Positions 8,029 through 11,100 of a stretch of 11,100 bases of DNA are shown here, piece by piece. How positions within the stretch are numbered: position 1 is the first letter of the stretch; every line of letters begins with the position of its first letter. The translations under genes and the position numbers were made by a program. This DNA comes from a virus: UHGV virus genome UHGV-1789446; one strand, given 5' to 3'. Under the pieces are notes generated by a model, which had not been told where the DNA came from, made no database searches, and saw nothing but the letters and a program-made list of their open reading frames with translations.

Positions 8029-8173
8029 CCCGGAGACGAACGGCGATTTAAGTGCTGATATCCGGCAGCTTGAGAACGCGCTGGCACGCTGTGCCAGCCA
8101 GGTAAAAATGATTAAACACTGTCAGGACGAAAACGATGCTCAAACCCGACAGCCTGCGCAGGGCGCTGACTGA
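7883..8173 (+). CDS. lysC: Outer-membrane lipoprotein spanin component LysC (Rz1-like), starting inside lysB in the +1 frame
   Basis: Track ORF 7766..8173, trimmed to the ATG at 7883 with GAGG 7-8 nt upstream, giving 96 aa. The N-terminus looks like a lipoprotein signal with Cys residues (MRTKIFAAGTVLTCLMLCAGC...) and the mature part is Pro-rich. It starts within lysB and extends past the lysB stop into the 5' end of R. Confidence 0.8.
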   Translation: MRTKIFAAGTVLTCLMLCAGCTSVRPAPTPVIVANACPKVSLCPMPGSDPETNGDLSADIRQLENALARCASQVKMIKHCQDENDAQTRQPAQGAD

Positions 8174-8603
8174 TGCCGTCACGGTGCTGAAAACCAGCCC
8201 CGAGATGCTGCGGATATTCGTGGATAACGGGAGTATTGCCTCCACGCTGGCGACGTCGTTGTCATTCGAAAAGCGTTACACGCTCAATGTGATTGTGACC
8301 GACTTTACCGGTGATTTTGACCTGCTCATTGTGCCGGTGCTGGCGTGGCTGCGGGAAAATCAGCCCGACATCATGACCACCGACGAAGGCCAGAAAAAGG
8401 GCTTCACGTTTTATGCAGACATCAACAATGACAGCAGCTTTGATATCAGCATCAGCCTGATGCTGACCGAGCGCACGCTGGTCAGTGAGGTGGACGGCGC
8501 ACTGCATGTTAAGAATATCCCGGAACCCACGCCGCCGGAGCCGGTCACCCGCCCGGTGGAGCTTTATATCAATGGCGAACTGGTGAGCAAGTGGGATGAA
8601 TGA
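8136..8603 (+). CDS. R: Tail completion protein gpR
   Basis: Track ORF 8136..8603 (155 aa), AGGA SD 8 nt upstream. Its first 38 nt overlap the lysC 3' end in another frame. Confidence 0.88.
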   Translation: MLKPDSLRRALTDAVTVLKTSPEMLRIFVDNGSIASTLATSLSFEKRYTLNVIVTDFTGDFDLLIVPVLAWLRENQPDIMTTDEGQKKGFTFYADINNDSSFDISISLMLTERTLVSEVDGALHVKNIPEPTPPEPVTRPVELYINGELVSKWDE

Positions 8604-9048
8604 GTTTAAGCGTTTTGAAGACCGGCTGACCGGACTGATTGAATCGCTGTCACCGTCAGGGCGTCGGCGACTGAGCGCCGAACTGGCGAAACGTCTGCGG
8701 CAGAGTCAGCAGCGTCGGGTGATGGCTCAGAAAGCCCCGGACGGCACACCCTACGCGCCACGCCAGCAGCAGAGCGCCAGAAAAAAGACTGGTCGTGTTA
8801 AGCGAAAAATGTTTGCGAAACTTATCACCAGTCGTTTTTTGCATATCCGCGCCAGCCCGGAACAGGCATCAATGGAGTTTTACGGCGGGAAGTCACCGAA
8901 AATCGCCAGCGTGCATCAGTTCGGTCTGTCGGAAGAAACCCGGAAAGACGGTAAGAAAATTGATTATCCGGCGCGTCCTCTGCTCGGCTTTACCAGTGAG
9001 GATGTGCAGATGATTGAAGAGATTATCCTGGCTCCCCTCGACCGTTAG
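8596..9048 (+). CDS. S: Tail completion protein gpS
   Basis: Track ORF 8596..9048 (150 aa). The start overlaps the R 3' end by 8 nt (ATGAATGA). Confidence 0.88.
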   Translation: MNEFKRFEDRLTGLIESLSPSGRRRLSAELAKRLRQSQQRRVMAQKAPDGTPYAPRQQQSARKKTGRVKRKMFAKLITSRFLHIRASPEQASMEFYGGKSPKIASVHQFGLSEETRKDGKKIDYPARPLLGFTSEDVQMIEEIILAPLDR

Positions 9049-9080
9049 TTGTGCCATCCCTGACCCCTCATCGTCACATT

Positions 9081-9102
9081 GCCGCCGGTATGACCCGGCG
9101 GC
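9081..9102. other. Perfect 8-bp GC-rich inverted repeat (stem-loop) in the S-V spacer
   Basis: Read directly: GCCGCCGG (9081..9088), loop TATGAC (9089..9094), CCGGCGGC (9095..9102). It lies 33 nt after the S stop and 12 nt before the V ATG, with no U-tract after it. In P2 this spacer is where the V-operon late promoter is expected (established knowledge). Confidence 0.55.
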
Positions 9103-9114
9103 ATCCTTCCCGTT

Positions 9115-9750
9115 ATGAACACTCTCGCAAATATTCAGGAACTCGCGCGCGCACTGCGCAACATGATTCGCACCGGCCTTGTCGTCGAAACCGACCTTAA
9201 CGCCGGTCGCTGCCGTGTGCAGACCGGCGGCATGTGCACCGACTGGCTTCAGTGGCTGACCTGTCGTGCCGGGCGTTCGCGCACATGGTGGGCACCTTCC
9301 GTGGGGGAGCAGGTGCTGATTCTGGCCGTGGGCGGTGAACTCGACACGGCGTTCGTTCTGCCGGGGATTTATTCCGGCGATAACCCCGCGCCGTCTGCGT
9401 CGGCGGATGCCCTGCATATCCGTTTCCCTGACGGGGCGGTGATTGAGTATGAACCCGAAACCAGTGCACTCACGGTAAGCGGAATTAAAACGGCCAGCGT
9501 GACGGCTTCTGATTCTGTTACTGCCACGGTGCCGGTGGTCATGGTGAAAGCATCAACCCGCGTCACCCTGGACACACCGGAGGTGGTCTGCACCAACAGG
9601 CTGATTACCGGCACGCTGGAAGTGCAGAAGGGCGGGACGATGCGCGGCAACATTGAACACACCGGCGGTGAACTCTCATCAAACGGTAAGGTACTGCATA
9701 CCCATAAACACCCCGGCGACAGTGGCGGCACAACCGGGAGTCCTCTATGA
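9115..9750 (+). CDS. V: Baseplate central spike protein gpV
   Basis: Track ORF 9115..9750 (211 aa). The C-terminus carries a His-rich HTHKH segment (9697..9711) followed by PGDSGGTTG. No purine-rich SD is visible in the 12 nt before the ATG (ATCCTTCCCGTT). Confidence 0.9.
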   Translation: MNTLANIQELARALRNMIRTGLVVETDLNAGRCRVQTGGMCTDWLQWLTCRAGRSRTWWAPSVGEQVLILAVGGELDTAFVLPGIYSGDNPAPSASADALHIRFPDGAVIEYEPETSALTVSGIKTASVTASDSVTATVPVVMVKASTRVTLDTPEVVCTNRLITGTLEVQKGGTMRGNIEHTGGELSSNGKVLHTHKHPGDSGGTTGSPL

Positions 9751-10094
9751 CAGCGCGTTATCTTGGAATGAATCGCAGTGATGGCCTGACTGTCACTGAC
9801 CTTGAGCATATCAGCCAGAGTATCGGCGATATCCTGCGCACACCGGTCGGCTCACGGGTGATGCGTCGTGATTACGGCTCGTTGCTGGCGTCAATGATTG
9901 ACCAGCCGCAGACCCCGGCGCTTGAGTTGCAGATTAAAGTCGCCTGTTACATGGCAGTGCTGAAATGGGAACCCCGCGTCACCCTGTCATCCGTCACCAC
10001 GGCGCGCAGTTTTGACGGGCGAATGACGGTCACGTTAACCGGCCAGCACAACGACACCGGCCAGCCACTTTCGTTAACCATCCCTGTGAGTTGA
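9747..10094 (+). CDS. W: Baseplate wedge protein gpW (T4 gp25-like)
   Basis: Track ORF 9747..10094 (115 aa), GGGAG SD 6 nt upstream. ATGA start/stop overlap with V at 9747..9750. Confidence 0.88.
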   Translation: MTARYLGMNRSDGLTVTDLEHISQSIGDILRTPVGSRVMRRDYGSLLASMIDQPQTPALELQIKVACYMAVLKWEPRVTLSSVTTARSFDGRMTVTLTGQHNDTGQPLSLTIPVS

Positions 10095-10098
10095 AACC

Positions 10099-11007
10099 AT
10101 GCCGATTATCGACCTGAACCAGCTACCCGCACCGGATGTGGTCGAGGAGCTGGACTTTGAAACCATTCTTGCCGAACGCAAGGCGACACTGATTTCCCTT
10201 TACCCGGAAGACCAGCAGGAGGCGGTCGCCCGTACCCTGACGCTGGAATCTGAGCCTCTCGTCAAACTGCTGGAGGAAAATGCTTATCGTGAGCTTATCT
10301 GGCGTCAGCGTGTGAATGAGGCCGCACGGGCGGTGATGCTGGCCTGTGCCGCCGGTAATGACCTTGATGTGATTGGTGCCAATTACAACACCACGCGCCT
10401 GACTATCACCCCGGCAGATGATTCGACCATGCCGCCGACACCGGCAGTGATGGAATCTGACACCGATTATCGTCTGCGTATTCAGCAGGCGTTTGAGGGC
10501 TTAAGCGTCGCCGGGTCGGTGGGAGCCTATCAGTATCATGGTCGCAGTGCCGACGGGCGTGTCGCGGATATCTCTGTCACCAGTCCGTCTCCGGCCTGCG
10601 TCACCATCTCTGTGCTGTCACGTGAAAATAACGGTGTCGCATCCGAAGACCTGCTGGCCGTGGTGCGTAACGCCCTTAATGGCGAGGACGTCAGGCCGGT
10701 GGCCGACCGCGTGACCGTGCAGTCTGCCACCATTGTTGAATACCAGATAAACGCCACGCTTTACCTTTACCCTGGTCCCGAAAGCGAACCCATCCGCGCT
10801 GCTGCCGTGAAAAAACTGGAAGCGTACATCACGGCACAGCACCGGCTTGGGCGCGACATCCGTCTGTCTGCCATTTATGCCGCTTTGCATGTGGAAGGCG
10901 TGCAGCGTGTCGAACTGGCTGCACCGCTGGCCGACATCGTGCTCAACAATACGCAGGCGTCTTTCTGTACCGAATACAGCGTCGTGACCGGAGGCTCGGA
11001 TGAGTGA
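10099..11007 (+). CDS. J: Baseplate assembly protein gpJ (T4 gp6-like)
   Basis: Track ORF 10099..11007 (302 aa), beginning 4 nt after the W stop. Confidence 0.9.
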   Translation: MPIIDLNQLPAPDVVEELDFETILAERKATLISLYPEDQQEAVARTLTLESEPLVKLLEENAYRELIWRQRVNEAARAVMLACAAGNDLDVIGANYNTTRLTITPADDSTMPPTPAVMESDTDYRLRIQQAFEGLSVAGSVGAYQYHGRSADGRVADISVTSPSPACVTISVLSRENNGVASEDLLAVVRNALNGEDVRPVADRVTVQSATIVEYQINATLYLYPGPESEPIRAAAVKKLEAYITAQHRLGRDIRLSAIYAALHVEGVQRVELAAPLADIVLNNTQASFCTEYSVVTGGSDE

Positions 11008-11100
11008 TTCGCGACTGCTGCCGACCGGCTCATCACCGCTTGAAGTCGCCGCCGCAAAAGCCTGTGCGGAAATTGAAAAAACGCCGGTCAGTATTCGTGA
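11000..11100 (+). CDS. I: Baseplate protein gpI, 5' end only (truncated by the window edge)
   Basis: ATG at 11000 with GGAGG SD 5 nt upstream, overlapping the J 3' end by 8 nt. I translated it to the window end as MSDSRLLPTGSSPLEVAAAKACAEIEKTPVSIR with no stop. It follows J, as in P2. Confidence 0.8.
   Translation, partial: MSDSRLLPTGSSPLEVAAAKACAEIEKTPVSIR

Noticed and set aside
8893-9417. 174-aa minus-strand ORF spanning the S 3' end, the S-V spacer and the V 5' end
   Set aside because: Begins with an Arg run (MQGIRRRRRRG...) and lies antisense to two conserved tail/baseplate genes. It crosses the S-V hairpin, which I interpret as an RNA/DNA element rather than coding. Expression is not supported by anything in the sequence.
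1-11100. Search for a defence system, toxin-antitoxin pair, CRISPR array, tRNA, integrase, IS element or other accessory cargo
   Set aside because: All intergenic gaps are 173 nt or shorter and every sizeable ORF is accounted for by a canonical P2 late gene. I saw no direct-repeat array, no tRNA-like sequence and no transposase or integrase-like ORF, so there is no sequence basis for proposing a novel system here.

Overview
The window reads as the late (head, packaging, lysis, tail-completion, baseplate) gene block of a P2-like myovirus (Peduovirus), either phage P2 or a very close relative or prophage in an enterobacterial host. I find no novel or undescribed system here. Gene order is Q and P on the minus strand, then O-N-M-L-X-Y-K-lysA-lysB-lysC-R-S-V-W-J-I on the plus strand. 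Q and I are cut by the window edges. The trimmed ORF lengths match what I recall for P2 gene products (P 590, O 284, N 357, M 247, L 169, X 67, Y 93, K 165, LysA 141, LysB 141, LysC 96, R 155, S 150, V 211, W 115, J 302 aa). All assignments rest on my reading of the translated ORFs and recall of the P2 family; no database search was run. Genes are tightly packed and many overlap at stop/start. The only non-coding stretches are P-O (173 nt), O-N (58 nt), M-L (99 nt) and S-V (66 nt), so there is no room for an inserted cargo or defence island. I see no tRNA, rRNA, CRISPR array, IS element or integrase. The points worth a second look are small: two intergenic hairpins (M-L and S-V), an RGRP-containing basic tail on gpM, the nested lysB/lysC/R overlap, and a V start codon with no Shine-Dalgarno. 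Long antisense ORFs in the track are treated as artefacts of GC-rich coding sequence.
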